Source: Antedon mediterranea (lineage: Eukaryota; Animalia; Echinodermata). From it: DNA of 64,000 bases. The notes below the pieces were generated by a model that was not told where the DNA came from, made no database searches, and saw only the letters and a program-made list of their open reading frames with translations. Positions 47,615 to 62,239 of the stretch are shown here, one piece after another (within the stretch, counting starts at the first letter, position 1; every line of letters starts with the position of its first letter). Made by a program: the position numbers and the translations under genes. The stretch covers positions 4,402,001 through 4,466,000 of the forward strand of contig NC_092672.1 in NCBI RefSeq assembly GCF_964355755.1. Reading direction: 5' to 3'.

Positions 47615-50115
47615 TTAGCGTTACTATTACGTACTTGTTTTATCGTCGTGAGGTGAACCAAGCTCAAGAACTGTGTGTTGAACTTAACTGGTGATGCGCA
47701 GCCTCCTACCTAAATCAACAGCGTTTTTAATGACACTAGTATTTTTAATAATCAACGTTGTAACACATTATTGATGTTCGTCTGTTTGAATAACCTTTCT
47801 TTAATGGGGCTTCGTCTAACCACATCTCTTTTAGGCTTTGATATTGTTTTCCATTTGTGGATGAGTTCAAGAATAATGGCGGAAGTTTAAAGACTCGCTT
47901 CCGGAGCTTTTTTATAGAAACATTGTAAATTTGTTTTTATTTTAATTATTTCCTTTTAATATAAAATTGTTATATGGTACATAGTCTGATTATTGTATTT
48001 ACATTCACAAGCTTCAGTTCGAATTCTTCCACATTTAAAAGGGCATTCGGTCTCCGCGGCATAGTCGTTGTCCCAAAGTGATGAAAAATAGGAAGAGCTA
48101 TCTAAAACCACACGTATTTCTCCTCGGTGTGCATCCATGTAAATCGGAAAAAAAAATTCCCGTGTGCATTTTTTTTTCTCATATGAGGCTAAGGCAGAAA
48201 TCATTAATAATTCATGAGATTAATTATGACATCATAGAGATCTGCCTTAACCTAATAGAAAAGAAATTATGCTTCCTGAGTAGGATTGGTCGTTTGTTTA
48301 GATTCCACCCAGTAAAATCGCTGTGGTAAGCCCTAGCAGGATCATTTGTTTGTTTTAAAAAATAAAGCAAATATCTAAAATGTAACTGTTGAATCTCTCA
48401 AAGTAATAAAATAAGACGTATTGTATTCATTATTTACGAGAGGGAATTCAACATGTTTTAAGATACGTGTTTTGGCATTATGTCATAAAATTTTACAGAC
48501 CAGTAAAAGATTTCACACATAATTCAAAATAAATTGAGATTGAAAAATCAGACATCAATTTCAACAGTCGTCGTATACCAGCAAGTTGAGTTAAAGATAA
48601 AAACGGCGGAATGCATTGAACCATTCGATCGTTTAGATCCACTAAATACCGTACTATTACACATTCACGGGCATAATTATACTTCATGATTTACACGAGA
48701 TGATCTAACATCATTTTGTAGCATATTATCAGACTTAGAATTATATTTGAATGTTTAAAATTTTGATCGATAAAATCACACGCAGACATATGATTTGTGT
48801 CTCTTTTTTAAGATTGGTTTCCATTAATCCAACCGTAGATTTTAGTCTTTAAAATTGTCGTCTCTCGTTACCGGATAAATTACTATCACGCCTAAGAATT
48901 ATGATTTAGTGTTTTATAGATGCAATTTCAATATCATGCATCTCAAATAATTAGGTAATCCTAAAAAATTGTATTATTATTCTTCTGTTAAAATTCAATA
49001 AATATGAAAAGTGTGAAATTTAATTTTGCACATACATCATTAATGTTCCATCAAATTTATGTTGGCATTCTGAAATGTTTGGAGAATAAGAAGCAATTAA
49101 ATTGAGTTAGTGACAAATCTCATCAAAATTGAATAATACATTTTTTTGTGCTTTCATACAGTTTTATATGATAAGAAACTCCAGATTATCAATTTGTTGA
49201 TTTCTTTAAGTGCGCAGTAGCTAGACACATCTTAATATATATTTTTTTGCCGACAAATTACATTTCGTACTTATTTCCGTGAACATATTTCAACGTGCAT
49301 GATGCTGTTACAAGTTGCGCTTGCGCCGATAAACTAACTCGTCATGGTGACGAGTTCAAATCGTAGTTATAGTAGTGTCCTATTTGCCGAAAATGTCATT
49401 CCAACCGCAAGTGGCGTCTTAAATAATCATTCTCAACATGCACCTGTTGTTGATGAGCACCCACTTTTCCGTACTTGTCGTATTATGAAACTACAACTTC
49501 AAACCTCGGTGTTTTTTTTTAAGACACTGTTGGATAATTTTCACTATAATTAGAAAGTTAAGTTGCTGATGTCTGCTGAAATAAAAACATAAAGGGTGAA
49601 TATTATGACATTTGTATGAACTGTTAACCGGTCAGCTCCCGCTATAGACTGAGTAGTTATGGTTAAATATCTAATATTCCGAGTGCTTAGTACTTGATAT
49701 ATCCATCACTTCGGAAAGAACATTAACAAAACAACAACATTATAGGTGTACTATCATAATAGTGATTTAAATTGAAAACATAGTTATCTTTATAATTGAA
49801 GGTTGAAAGTAATTGCAATGTGACTATTATCAAAATTAAAACGTCTTCTTTATAGCGAAGGTTAAAATCAAGGGGTATGTAAACATACACATTATTTATA
49901 CAACAATTGTGTATTATCATTCGTTCGTATCATCGTGCCATGTTGTGAGAGTAATAATAGATTGCGACAACTGTCTCTCGGTGTGTTTTGCTATCTTCAT
50001 CTTTCCACTTGCTGCTCATCTTATAAATTAGAGCTTTCGACGAGAAGTTATTCTGCGCATGATCAGAAAGAGAAAGAGTTATTGTAAACGTTCTAATGTT
50101 AAAAAGTTATCAAAA

Positions 50116-50312
50116 AGCTCTGTCTATAACACTATCAAACTAGTTTGATAAAAAAAGTGTAATGTGTTCAAATATGGTAGTGATATGCCCAAATATGGTA
50201 GTGATATGCCCAAATATGGTAGTGATATGCCCAAATATGGTAGTGATATGACATCATCATGTCCATATCAAGTTTTTGTTGTCGTATGCAGTTTGATAGT
50301 GTAGACAGAACT
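50116..50312. mobile_element. MITE family B with internal 21-bp unit expanded to 4 copies
   Basis: TIRs; (caaatatggtagtgatatgcc)x4. Confidence 0.8.
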
Positions 50313-51202
50313 TAAGATGTTTGGTTGGCTCAACAAATAAATTGTGAGAGAAAAAATAAGTGTTCGTATAGAATTTTTTTTAATCTACAGATGAAATATG
50401 AGTGAGTTATTTCGCCTTTTATGATTAACTTGAACAACAAAAGCGTCTTGCTGCGAGAAAGTTCCAATTTATTGCTACAGTAGACAGAACATTGTGTAAT
50501 GTATTTGTAAAAAAAGCAATTATTAATTTGAAATAGATGCAATACGAGTTCTTTTTTTCCACTTTTCTTTATATCAAATCTGCTAATGTTATTTTGGTTG
50601 ATAATTCCTAATCTGAAAATGTGGTGTAGGGATTTTATCGAACTATCTTATCAAAGATGATAATCAGGCACGGAATGCATGTAATTGCAAAATAAAATAT
50701 CTTTATACACGTACGTGGTATTGGCAATCCAGTTTGCAGTCTTAAATGTATGCAGCAAAAACCTAAAAATATTCTTAGACGAAGATGATATATGTGCAAT
50801 TAAAAATCCGAACCTCGCGTTGCCGAAAATGTAATGCATGTTTTTTCCTTTTTTTTAGTTTGCTATAAATGTCAGAATTAATTTAGATTCTTCGACTCCG
50901 ATATTAGTTCCTTTAAAATCTCCTTACGATTAGCCTACAGATCACGTGCGATGACTTGTTTATGACACGCAAATGATATCTAAGGATTTAACTAATAGTA
51001 ATAGATATTCGGTGTCGTTGTTTTGCAATATTTTTAAGCAACGCGGACATTTGTCAAGAATGACCAACATATAAACCCGGCCGTACAACCTATGTCTATG
51101 CTGTAGTCTGTGGGCAAATACATCCTGTAACATCGGGTTTTCATAAAGACAATTGAGAACAGAAAAACTGTTTAATTGAGTAAGCCTAATATTTACTAAA
51201 GA

Positions 51203-51586
51203 AAGAAGGTTAAAACTCGCATGCGCAGATCGTAGATTTTACTCCACTTACCATCGCATCATCGAAAGCTTATTTGAAAACTTTACATAATATATTCCAT
51301 AAAAAGAAAGTAAAACTCGCATGCGCAGATCGTGGGTTTTACTCCACTTGCCATCGCATCATCGAAAGCTTATTTGAAAACGTTGCCTACTCTAGTCCTA
51401 GAGAGAAAGTTAAAACTCGCATGCGCAGACCGTGAGTTTTATTCCAGTTACCATCACATCGTCGAAAGCTCATTTGAAAACTGTACATACTATATTCTAT
51501 AGAAAAAAAGTTAAAACTCGCATGCGCAGATCGTTGGTATTACTCCACTTACCATCAGATCGAAAGCTCATTTGAAAACGTTGCTA
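51203..51586 (+). repeat. 100-bp-period tandem repeat x4 with ABAB substructure
   Basis: taaaactcgcatgcgcaga at 51211, 51311, 51411 and 51512. Confidence 0.9.
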
Positions 51587-54500
51587 TTTTTTACTAGAAT
51601 ACGAACATACCCTCAAGTATTAGGTAAAGTAATTAACACCACTAATTCAGAAGCAATCTATTTTTTTCAACGAGTTTATTTTGTATCACGCAAATCGTGC
51701 ACAAATATAAACATAAATGTATTTGCATATCTCAACGGTGCAACGATTATCCATTCAATTCAATTCAATTCAATTCAAGGAACATTTATTCACGTCCAAA
51801 AGACAAAAGTAACAAAAACAACTGTCTTATTATGGATAAAGATAATGGGTATTGTTAACGATTATTGTATATATATAGGTAAATAAAAAATACGGACTTT
51901 CCTTAGTGGGAAATTTAAAAAAAAATGTCTTCCCAAAGTATTAAATAGAAACCCAATCCAGTTTGAAAGTTTAGTGATTCGTGTTGTTGAAAAGGGTTAC
52001 CGATCTTCCTAACAACTTACTTCCCTTGACACCTTTCCTGTCTTTTGACCCTTCGCTCCAATTCAAAATATAATTTGTCTTTTGTTCGACACCTGCGACA
52101 CTGTATTCCTCTTTATTTATCATTTTTAAAGCAATTATAAAATCAGGGTTAAATAAATTAAGCGCTCAGCAACTGAGCAAAATACTTGTTAAAATAGGCA
52201 GAGCAACAGAGGGTGTGCTATTTATTATTTTTCCCCATATTGAAGAAAAAAATAACCCGAGATTTTAGTAAGTAGTTGTGACATCATCAATATATTGATT
52301 GTTGTGAATATCAATAAGCATGTTTTGTAAGTATATACCTACTAACGTCCAATAATTCTGTACGATAACGTAAATATTGTGGACGTTATCGTGCAAACAA
52401 ACAAAACAGCAACAAAGCATGCATTGTCTCGATTCTTTAAAAGGGTTCTTTCAAAAATCGTTATCGTATGTGATTTGTGTTTATCCATTAACCCGGTTGA
52501 CTGAGAGTGAGTGCAATAAAGTGGCAAAAGGCCTATAGACCAGATTGCCTGCACCAAATGACGCGTTTCTTTGAAATGTAAGCAACTAAGTAACGAAGTA
52601 ATCTGCACAAAATGTGTGCTTTTCTGATGGAATGTAAATGTATGTAACTTAGCAACTACCTGATTTGAACAGACCTTAAGCAACTTAACCTATAGTGAAA
52701 TATCCTACATAATAGGACATATATTTTTTTTAATTGCTTATAATATCAGGCATCCATTTATCTCGAAGAATTGTGATTTGTGTACAGATCTGTGTACAAG
52801 TTTGTTCGAACTAGGTAGATCAAGTTATCGGAGACAGTAAAATACATTGATCTCTCACTGTATTGAATTCCAAAAACTAAATATATATGGAGAAATATTG
52901 TCAAGAACTAAGTTTACGGAACAGAAACTAATATTAACCCACTAGTCACGGAGAGAAGAATGTCTCTTACTGTGGAATATAGTCTGACACAGTTAAATAA
53001 GAAAAAAATATCTGAAGCCAAAGATCGGAAGGAATAAAAAGAAATAAAAGAATAGAAAGTCCGAGATATCGGACACGTTTCAACAGCAACGTATGTAGAT
53101 GAACTAATAAAGAGTGTAGGTCTGGAAAAAGGAAGATGTCATGAAAGAAGAGATAGAGAGATGACTCATCACATGGAAACTGTAGATTGGACACAACAAA
53201 TTAATGCATTCGGATTGGGAAAATGAAAAAAATGCCATGAGAAAAGTTTCCAAATGTATGAAGAGGTATAATAAACCTGTGTCGACTTGCAGCCTATCTA
53301 AGCTTGCGCGCAGGTTGTTGCCGACACATAACTTTTAAATTTATTTCCACTTTAGTGAATGCCTTTGTGTTGTACAGCCGCGCCTATGGCACGCCAAGAC
53401 GGACATAACTATGTTAAGTTGACATCGCGTGTTCCACAACGACGGCAATGGTAATAGATAAAAACAAGTCACTATCGATGATCAAAACAAATCTTGAAGA
53501 TGACTTATAGTCCTAATGTAGGACAGCATCACGTACCATTTCTTTTACAAATGAGTAACTCGGCAACGCGTTGATCTTAAAGATTGTTTGAACTCTGAAG
53601 TAGGCCAATATGCGTTGCTCGATATCATAGATAACGCAGTAACGCAGTAACGCAATTATTTCACAGATACATAAACATACTGCATTAATGTATATAGCAA
53701 TGTGTGTATCATTGTACAATAAATTAATCATTGTAATACACCATTCTGACACAAACTCACATTGCTGTACGATTAATAAATGAGGAAACTAAAACATGCT
53801 CCAATTGTAATTTGTATAACGGTTAATTTCATGACAAAATTAATTGAATTATTATATTTAGTAATATGCATTAAAAAGAATTAGAGAAGAATCTGTGGTT
53901 GCTAAATTAAATTAAATTAAATTATGTAATCGAGATTAGCTTTCGAAGTTGAAACCGATATAAATTATTTAAAATACTGTAATAAAACGTTCGGTGTCTT
54001 TCCGAATAATTTTAACATTTCTCATATTTTATTATAATGTTATGTTAGTAGCTCTTTATCAAAACAGAATATATTTGGTAACATATTTTTTTTAGTAAAT
54101 TTATTTTCTGCAGTAGCCTACATTTTATTATTTATAAGTTTTAAATCAGAGTGAAATATAGAAGAATATTAGAAAATTATGAAAAAGGTGAATATTACAA
54201 AAAGAAATATAAACGAACAAATTCTACGAACATATATTTGTTACATTTTTCTTGATTAGGCCTATATTGCACAATAAATAGGAGAAAATATGAGTTGAAA
54301 AAAATCAGAATAACAATGAATATGATATTAGATATATTGTAATAATGTAATGATTTTTGGAAGTTGATATGAATAAAATTAGTAGTGAATGCCACAAAAG
54401 AAGGAAAAATCATATTATTTATTTATACAACCTTGTTATTAAAAGTAATTTTTCTATAGCTCTCTATGTTGGTCGGTTGGTCGGTAAACACTAACTCAAA

Positions 54501-55138
54501 TTTTCAGCCATGTATTTATTTATTTATACAGTTATTTAGGTCTTTTGTGTTATTTTACCATCATATAGTTTTCCAATGACGATCGACCTCCTTGTAATAT
54601 TGTAATTAAAGCATTTATTCGATTTAAAATTATTATCGATCTTAAGTAGTTTATTATTATTAGCAGTGCCAAGTTATGATAATGGCCGTGTTGTGTATGT
54701 CTAAGCAATAGACTCACTATAGCCGTGTAATGCATTGCTAAGATTCTTAAATTATTCTTAGCAGGATCTGTATTCATTACGTATCAGGGCCTTCGGTAAA
54801 CAAACTGTTTTCAAACTATTCAGCATAAATTAGCCTAATATAAATTTTGAATTATAGAAATCTGTAGCTTTTGGCAATTTGCTAATAAAAAAAGTTGAAT
54901 TGAATCTAAATGAATTATGCTGATCGATTTAGATATCTTCAAGAAAATCCGTAAAATTGTTTCTACGCTAGTTTGGAATCTATTGTGTTGAATCATACGA
55001 TATTACAATATTTACAAATTTGTAAAATGCTATAAAAAAAACACGATGAAATTTAAAAGACGAAAATTTGCCAGACTGAAATTATAAAATTGATTTTTTT
55101 TTTCGATGCTGGTTAATCTTCCATTATTTGTTGGGTTA

Positions 55139-55196
55139 AGCTCTGTCTACAAAGTGTGATATCCCCAAATATGGTAGTGATAGTGTAGACAGGGCT
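55139..55196. mobile_element. MITE family B, 58-bp deletion derivative
   Basis: agctctgtctac..gtagacagggct with TTA TSD. Confidence 0.7.
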
Positions 55197-56164
55197 TTAT
55201 AATAAAGATTTTTTTTTAAACAAAAATTACAAACGATGAAAATTATAAGTGAAATATACTGTAAATAGTTTGGCTTTTCATTGTTTATATATATATATAT
55301 CAAATATGTTTATTGTAATGTAGTTTCAATTGTTTCCAGAAATGGATGAGAATAAAATTTGAATCTTTGAATCTTAAATTGGCTGCTTGTTTCTTCAAAG
55401 AACATGCATATCTACACTGTCGTATTTCAAATTATATAACATTGCGACAATAAAGGGCTATGACTTTTGTTGGTATATTTATAGCCGAGACGCATCAAGG
55501 GAAATCAAATACCAATCTGGCAGACAATGAGTTATTCTTTGTTTATTACAAAACAGATACATTTTATGAACATTCGTTTGTAACCGTATTAATTTTATGC
55601 CATCTTAAAGCAACCGATAATTCCGTGTAGATTATTTCAATTTCCAACTGTCATCCATTGATCTTACTCGTTGAATATCTATTACATTATCTGTCATTTA
55701 ATATGTTATAGCGATTAACTATCTGTATACATTATTACTTATTAATAATAAATAATATAACAATTCTCCTCCAATTAGCCACAAATGTTGTGCGGGGCTT
55801 TGTAACTTAGAAATTCTGATCTCAAACTAGAATTTATTATTTTCGATTGAAGATTATCACTGCGCTCATGAGCTGCAGAACTCTAGAGAATGTTGTTATT
55901 TAGCATAGATGTTTGAGTTCGAATTAATTGTCCATAGTACAATAAACCTAAATTAGAACAGAAAAAGAGAAATAGTTAATAATAATAATTCAACATTTAT
56001 TAGTTTCTATTCTATTGGTGAGAAAGAAGATTTTCTCGGTACAGGATCGACCAACTGTGACCGCCGTTATAGAAAAATACAAAACGAGATTTATGAGGTG
56101 GACAGAAGATGTGTAATCGTTAAAATGGATTACCTGTCTATCTTACTAAAGATCTGCAGACTAA

Positions 56165-56343
56165 AGCTTGGTTCCCACTAACGACGCAACACAAGGACGC
56201 AACGCAACGCAAGTGAATTGACCAATCACAAGCGATGGCTTATTCGCTTGTGATTGCTAACTGTCTATAACTTCGCTTATCATTGGTTAAAACGCTTGCG
56301 TTGCGTTTACGTCCTTGCGTTACGTTCTAGTGGGAACCAAGCT
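56165..56343. mobile_element. MITE family A1
   Basis: TIRs and TAA TSD. Confidence 0.88.
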
Positions 56344-56443
56344 TAACTGATCTTCTATGTCAGGGGATTACACTTGGGAATTTCTCATGCTTGGGGAATA
56401 AATACCAACAGATTCGTTGCTAAAAAACCTCTCAAATGTAGGT

Positions 56444-56603
56444 TGTTCTATCTACATTATCAAACTTGATGTAACAAAAAATGTGATGTGCCGCCACATA
56501 TGGACATGATGATGTGATATCACTACCATATTTAAGCATATCACTACCATATTTGGTCACATCAAACTTTTTGTCAAACTAGTTTGATGGTGTAGACAGA
56601 GCT
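56444..56603. mobile_element. MITE family B, diverged left end
   Basis: Internal sequence and right TIR match family B. Confidence 0.75.
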
Positions 56604-58825
56604 TAAGACAGCTTAACTTGTCAGCTAAGGTCCAAAACTAGTTTTTATGGAAATATCAATACTTGCTGCTTGCTAAAAATTTTATTTTTTTCTACACTGT
56701 AAACGACTGAAATTGTCACTCACTGTAAAGAGTGAAACTGTTCTCACTCAATTTCAACATTTTTCAGTCTTTTTGGTTAAAATTGTCTGGAAATCATGTT
56801 ATAGCTTCAAGTTGCTCAATCTGTGAGAAGTTAAAATGATTAACTAAAGTGAATTTCACTCTTTTAATTATATGAGTGCTCATTAAGCACACTCATTAAA
56901 CGAGTGATCACTAACTCTAAAAGAGTACATTTTCACTCTTTTACAATAAAGAGAGTGGTGTTTTGCATTTCTCGTTGAATGTTCGTTATCCAACCGACAG
57001 AAATAACACATCATTACCATTTCTATGTATATTTCCATGCTATACTAATGAATATTTAGTCATTTTAAACAAGAATGTTTTTTTTTAAGATTGTGTGCGT
57101 ATAAGAGGAAATTCCAACCCATCTTAACCTCGTAATAATCTAAAAATACATTTATTGTAATTCAAAAATAATGGAAGAATGATTACATGGAAATAGACAC
57201 AGTTGTATAAACATTATTTACAATGTTAAATCAAAGCGAATTCACACTTTCACGAACGAAAACGGTTCCGTTTTTCGTTCCGTGAAACTAGTAGCTTATA
57301 CTGTACAATAAGTGGAAGATATTACTCTTTCGGAACGAATGTTGTTAGTTGTATGCATATTATAAATAGATATTGCTAAATATTACAAAAGCATGGAAAT
57401 AATATCATAATTTAAGTACACTTGTTAGGTCGAGCTTAGAAGATACTGCTTGCTTATACATTAATATCTACTCCTTAGAGTAATATAACCACTCATGTTA
57501 AAAGCCAGTGATACTAAGAACTTTCGTTTGAAATCAATTATTGCTATTATGTAAAACATTCAATACAATATTTTTGCACGATTTTCATTGTTATATTTGC
57601 TGATATGATTACTATGGGATAGAAATTGCTAATAATCAAAACGAATCCGTTCCATTATTACGATTATGGAACTGTGTCGTGCGTAGGCTAATGGTGTGTA
57701 TATTTTTCAGATTATACGGTTTAATAGGCCTAATACTATTTCCATCATTAACCTAGATATTGTTGTCTCGTAGATTTCTTCGTTGAAGAATTGTGTGATA
57801 ATATTTTGCTTTACTCAAACAGTGTAGATTCAAAAATGGTTTACCTGCATTGAACCGGTAGTGGTTTAGACTTGTCTGGTTACTAATCATCCTATGGTGT
57901 TTTTATTTGTGAACCTGATGATTATGGCACGCCAATTGCCTTTAGATTTCTGTTGTCTAGTCTTTCCCACATCCTTACATTGTATTAGTAAAGTTGAAAT
58001 GATCAAAATGATCTGTTAACTTCTATAGAGAAATAAAATTCAAATTCAAAATAACATTTATTTACTTCCTTTTAAGATTGAAACAATAATGGAATATTAA
58101 GAAATAACATGGACAAATAACAATAAATCTTAGTATGTATGCGTCGATTTTTGGATTTCAGTATGGCAAGCCAATTGTCTTTTCTACGATTGCTTACGTC
58201 AATAAACAAATGTAGGCCTAATACAGTCGTCCTAGCCTACTTATCATAAACTATATCGAACGGGAAATATGTCATCTGTTGCCTTGATGTCGTACAACTT
58301 TAATATTCAATGTTCTTTAATCATTGAGAATCATCTAGAATATTCTTGTAGAATAAAAATCATTGGCGTGGCCTTTTAAATGATTGATGAAAGAACACGG
58401 TAAAATGTTTTTTTCATAATGTTCATTTCCTCTTTCCATTTCCCTGCTTGGATGGACGTGATCAAAAGTCAGTGACTTAATCCGGATTTTATATTTTTCA
58501 CATAAAGTGCTCATCAATAAAGTAACAGAAAACGTATTAAGGAGTGTTAAGTGATCCAACGACAGGTCAAAGAAATATATTATGTGGTTTGGTTTTAAAA
58601 GTAGTCTTTGAATAGTCACAATTTTACTTATCCCTTCGGTCTCTTTAGCGCATGCGTCATAGTATGAATCGAGAGCGTTGGTTTCGTCATAATACCATTT
58701 GCTTTTTTTTCGCGATGGGCGGCGACCAATCAGGAATTCGCGCGAATACATTCCGCTAGTCGGTAACAAACAATATATATGTGAAGTCAATCAATCTATG
58801 TGAAATTAAATAATAGGCCTCATTC

Positions 58826-58828
<3 letters not shown>

Positions 58829-58876
<48 letters not shown>
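58829..58876. repeat. (TA)n microsatellite
   Basis: Direct read. Confidence 0.95.
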
Positions 58877-58877
<1 letters not shown>

Positions 58878-59524
58878 GTACGTAGGCACACTAGTGTCAT
58901 AGAAACGTAGTTATACGGTCAGTTACGGTAGTTGAATTAATATTCTAGAGCACGGATGATGTTAATTACGCTTCCTTTTCTTGACGTAATAAGTGCACGT
59001 GTGTTGTTATTACGTTTTCTTCTTTGACGTAATCAAACAGAAATAATGTAAAATGAATATCAACGTAATCCCAGTAGGCCTAGCACTTTCAGTTCAAGCC
59101 AAGATTTCTTTTTAGTTGGACCCATTTCACCATTTTAAAAATGTCAAAGGGCACAGAGAGTGAACCTAGATGTTAAGTTCATGTTGGATGACTTTCTTCA
59201 CTTTCGCAGATTATTCCTGTTATTACAACAACAATATATATGGCCGTGACGTCACTGCAACACTATTTATATTCTGTAGCGATGATGTTGTGTGTACGTT
59301 GACTTAGTTTAATTGCGAGTAGGGCCTACTTTATATACAAGAGACTCTTAACATTAGCAATGATTACATAACATTACGATAATAATTATTCATAATTAAT
59401 TTGTATAACTTTGGGTACAGCGCCTATGATTTATCTAATATATTATTTCATCATGAAAACAGTATTTATTTCCCATACAATTGATTAATCTATTTAATAA
59501 TACTGTAATTAGTTATCAAACATT

Positions 59525-60147
59525 ATCAACGACTTAACGTCTAGTTACCCGATATTGTACACGTGGCCTAACTGCTAGGCCTACTTTTACAATATCAACG
59601 ACCTAACGTCTATTTACCCGATATTGTACACGTGGCCTAACTGCTAGGCCTATACTTTTACAATATCAACGACTTAACGTCTATTTACCCGATATTGTAC
59701 ACGTGGCCTAACTGCTAGGCCTACTTTTACAATATCAACGACTTAACGTCTATTTACCCGATATTGTACACGTGCCCTAACTGCTAGGCCTACTTTTACA
59801 ATATCAACGACTTAACGTCTATTTACCCGATATTGTACACGTGGCCTAACTGCTAGGCCTACTTTTACAATATCAACGACTTAACGTCTATTTACCCGAT
59901 ATTGTACACGTGCCCTAACTGCTAGGCCTACTTTTACAATATCAACGACTTAACGTCTATTTACCCGATATTGTACACGTGCCCTAACTGCTAGACCTAC
60001 TTTTACAATATCAACGACCTAACGTCTATTTACCCGATATTGTACACGTGGCCTAACTGCTAGGCCTACTTTTACAATATCAACGACTTAACGTCTATTT
60101 ACCCGATATTGTACACGTGCCCTAACTGCTAGGCCTACTTTTACAAT
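59525..60147 (+). repeat. 69-bp minisatellite x9
   Basis: atcaacgacttaacgtctatttacccgatattgtacacgtggcctaactgctaggcctacttttacaat. Confidence 0.96.
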
Positions 60148-60264
60148 GGAGGGAACAACGCAATATGTCTATTTCTCAGCATAAATTGAATTTGTTATTA
60201 AAATTAATTTGTAATGTATGATTAATAATAGATCTATATTTTTGTTTTGTCATTGTTTCAATGT

Positions 60265-60490
60265 GTTATGTTGTTGTTGTTGTTGTTGTTGTTGTGTTAT
60301 GTTGGGGACCCCTTTGGCAACAAGCTTTTGAGCTGAAGTAAAGGGTTATCTTCTGCTTTCCATGTTTAATTTCTCAAGTTTAATGTTTGTATTACTCTAT
60401 GTATTATTTTCATTCATATTTTATGCTGCTTTTCACATTGTAGGCCTACTGTTCTTGGAAAGCAATAAATATTACTTATACTTACTTACT
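60265..60490 (+). mobile_element. Probable LINE 3'-UTR relic preceded by (GTT)n
   Basis: T-rich stretch ending in AATAAA and a (tact)n-like tail; no ORF. Confidence 0.35.
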
Positions 60491-61421
60491 CAATGCACGA
60501 CATTTTTATAATAAAGATATTTTCGATTTTTGATCTTGTTTCACGGAACGGAAGGCGACGCCGTTCAATTTTGCATTATTTAACGGCTCCGCGCTAACTG
60601 TTCTGTAAAACCGAACAAGTGTGAATTTCCCAACAACTCCTTTTCCATGTTTCTGACCCGCGCGTATTCGACGTCACCTGATATCTTCAATTTCCCACAT
60701 TCCCCCCAGTAAACCTACATTTAAAGTTTGGAACGTTATATTAATTTATGAAACGCCAAATTAATATTAGTTTAAATGTAACCAGACACAAATTTGTCTA
60801 AAAGCATCAGCACCGATATATTTACCGTCGCGGCGCTTTGCGCCCGCGGCTGATCCAATCGAGCTAATTTGCCTTACCGATTTAACCATACGTTCTGTCT
60901 TTCCTCATCTATTTTGAACTAATGATATATACACTCCGGTGATTATTGATTTATTCGAGTTTTATCCATTTCCATTCCACATCTTAGAGTTCATCAACTC
61001 TACAAGATCAAAAAAAAATTAACTGCAATTAATGTTTGCAATGAATCCGAATTGGAATAAATCATATTGAAAAATTACTCCACAGTAACAATTAAGGACG
61101 TGACCGTATCTCATCGTAAAAATGAATAGTTATAAATAGGAGAAATTTATGGAAACATTTAATAATGATACGAACATATTTAAAAATCTTAAGATGAAAT
61201 TATGTTGCCTAAAATAACGATCATCTATAATGTATTAAGTAAGATGTTTTCTTGGTGTTAGTGTACTGTATTTCGCTGTGGCTGAAGAGTTCAATCCCAG
61301 ATCAACATTTTGTCTGGAAGGGAGTGACTCATCAGTAAGTACTGAGCTGATAAAATAATAATAATGTGTGAAGAGTTAGAGTTTAAAGAATGTACGACCA
61401 ATAAAAGGTCACTTGCATATC

Positions 61422-61554
61422 TGAAGAATACAGTGCTATAGCTGCTGTCCGATAGCAGAGAGCATCCAGTTAGAGATGTCTTTTTGAAGAATACAGTAGC
61501 TTTATAATAGCTGCTGTCCGACGGCAGGGAGCATCCAGATAGTTAGAGATGTCT
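61422..61554 (+). repeat. Diverged tandem duplication (about 65 bp x2)
   Basis: tgaagaatacagt..atagctgctgtccga..gagcatccag..ttagagatgtct occurs twice. Confidence 0.8.
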
Positions 61555-62239
61555 CTAGTAAAAGTCCAGTGGAATTTCCAAGATGACATGTGATCTTGCT
61601 GCCACAGAAATTTGTGTTAGAATATTCAAAATGTTTATACAAGTCTAGTGCAAGATTCTGGTTCAGATTATAAGCTTCATTATGCAGTCTTCGGTTCCGA
61701 ATGTAGTTTTACCATTCTCAAGTTAAAAAGGCTTTTTATCAAATTAGTGAATGAACTATTTCACCTTTGAAATATTTGCTTAGGGTAATTTGAAATGACT
61801 TAAGCAAATCATTGAGTTACAAAAAAGTTAAGATGATTTTTTAGCTAACCCATTTAATTAATTCCTGTTATTTATCTCGTGGAGATACGACGCCTTTATA
61901 GATGTTCTACTGCGAGTCATGGTGTTCCCGTTCTTGGAAATCTCTATCCATTAGAAACAGTTGTATATTACATATCCGAGTTAAAGATAGGTGGTTGTTA
62001 TTATATAATTGAGTTGTGTATTTTTAATAAGTCTAAATGTCAAGTCATTTCAGCTGTCAGTCAAGTGATATCTTAAAATCTTTATAGCCTCTTACTAAAA
62101 TACCAATGACATAAATACACAATTAAGCCAACATTATGGAGTAAGCATCTTGGAATTTGAATCGTATTAAACGTTTTATCCTTCAGAATCTGAATTAAGG
62201 TAGAAAATAATGGTATCGTACACATTATTGTAAGCATAA

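Noticed and set aside
51203-51586. CRISPR-like repeat-spacer appearance
   Set aside because: Eukaryotic context, no cas genes, repeats too long, and linkers 1/3 and 2/4 are homologous.
52780-53300. Purine-rich stretch resembling decayed coding sequence
   Set aside because: Multiple stops in the frames read and no recognisable homology; would need BLASTX.
58335-58790. 151-aa minus-strand ORF
   Set aside because: Non-ATG start, no recognisable domain, no splice support.
59544-59553. TTTACCCGAT shared by the 69-bp and 42-bp minisatellite units
   Set aside because: Only about 10 bp match (this first unit reads gttacccgat) and the units are otherwise unrelated; could be chance.
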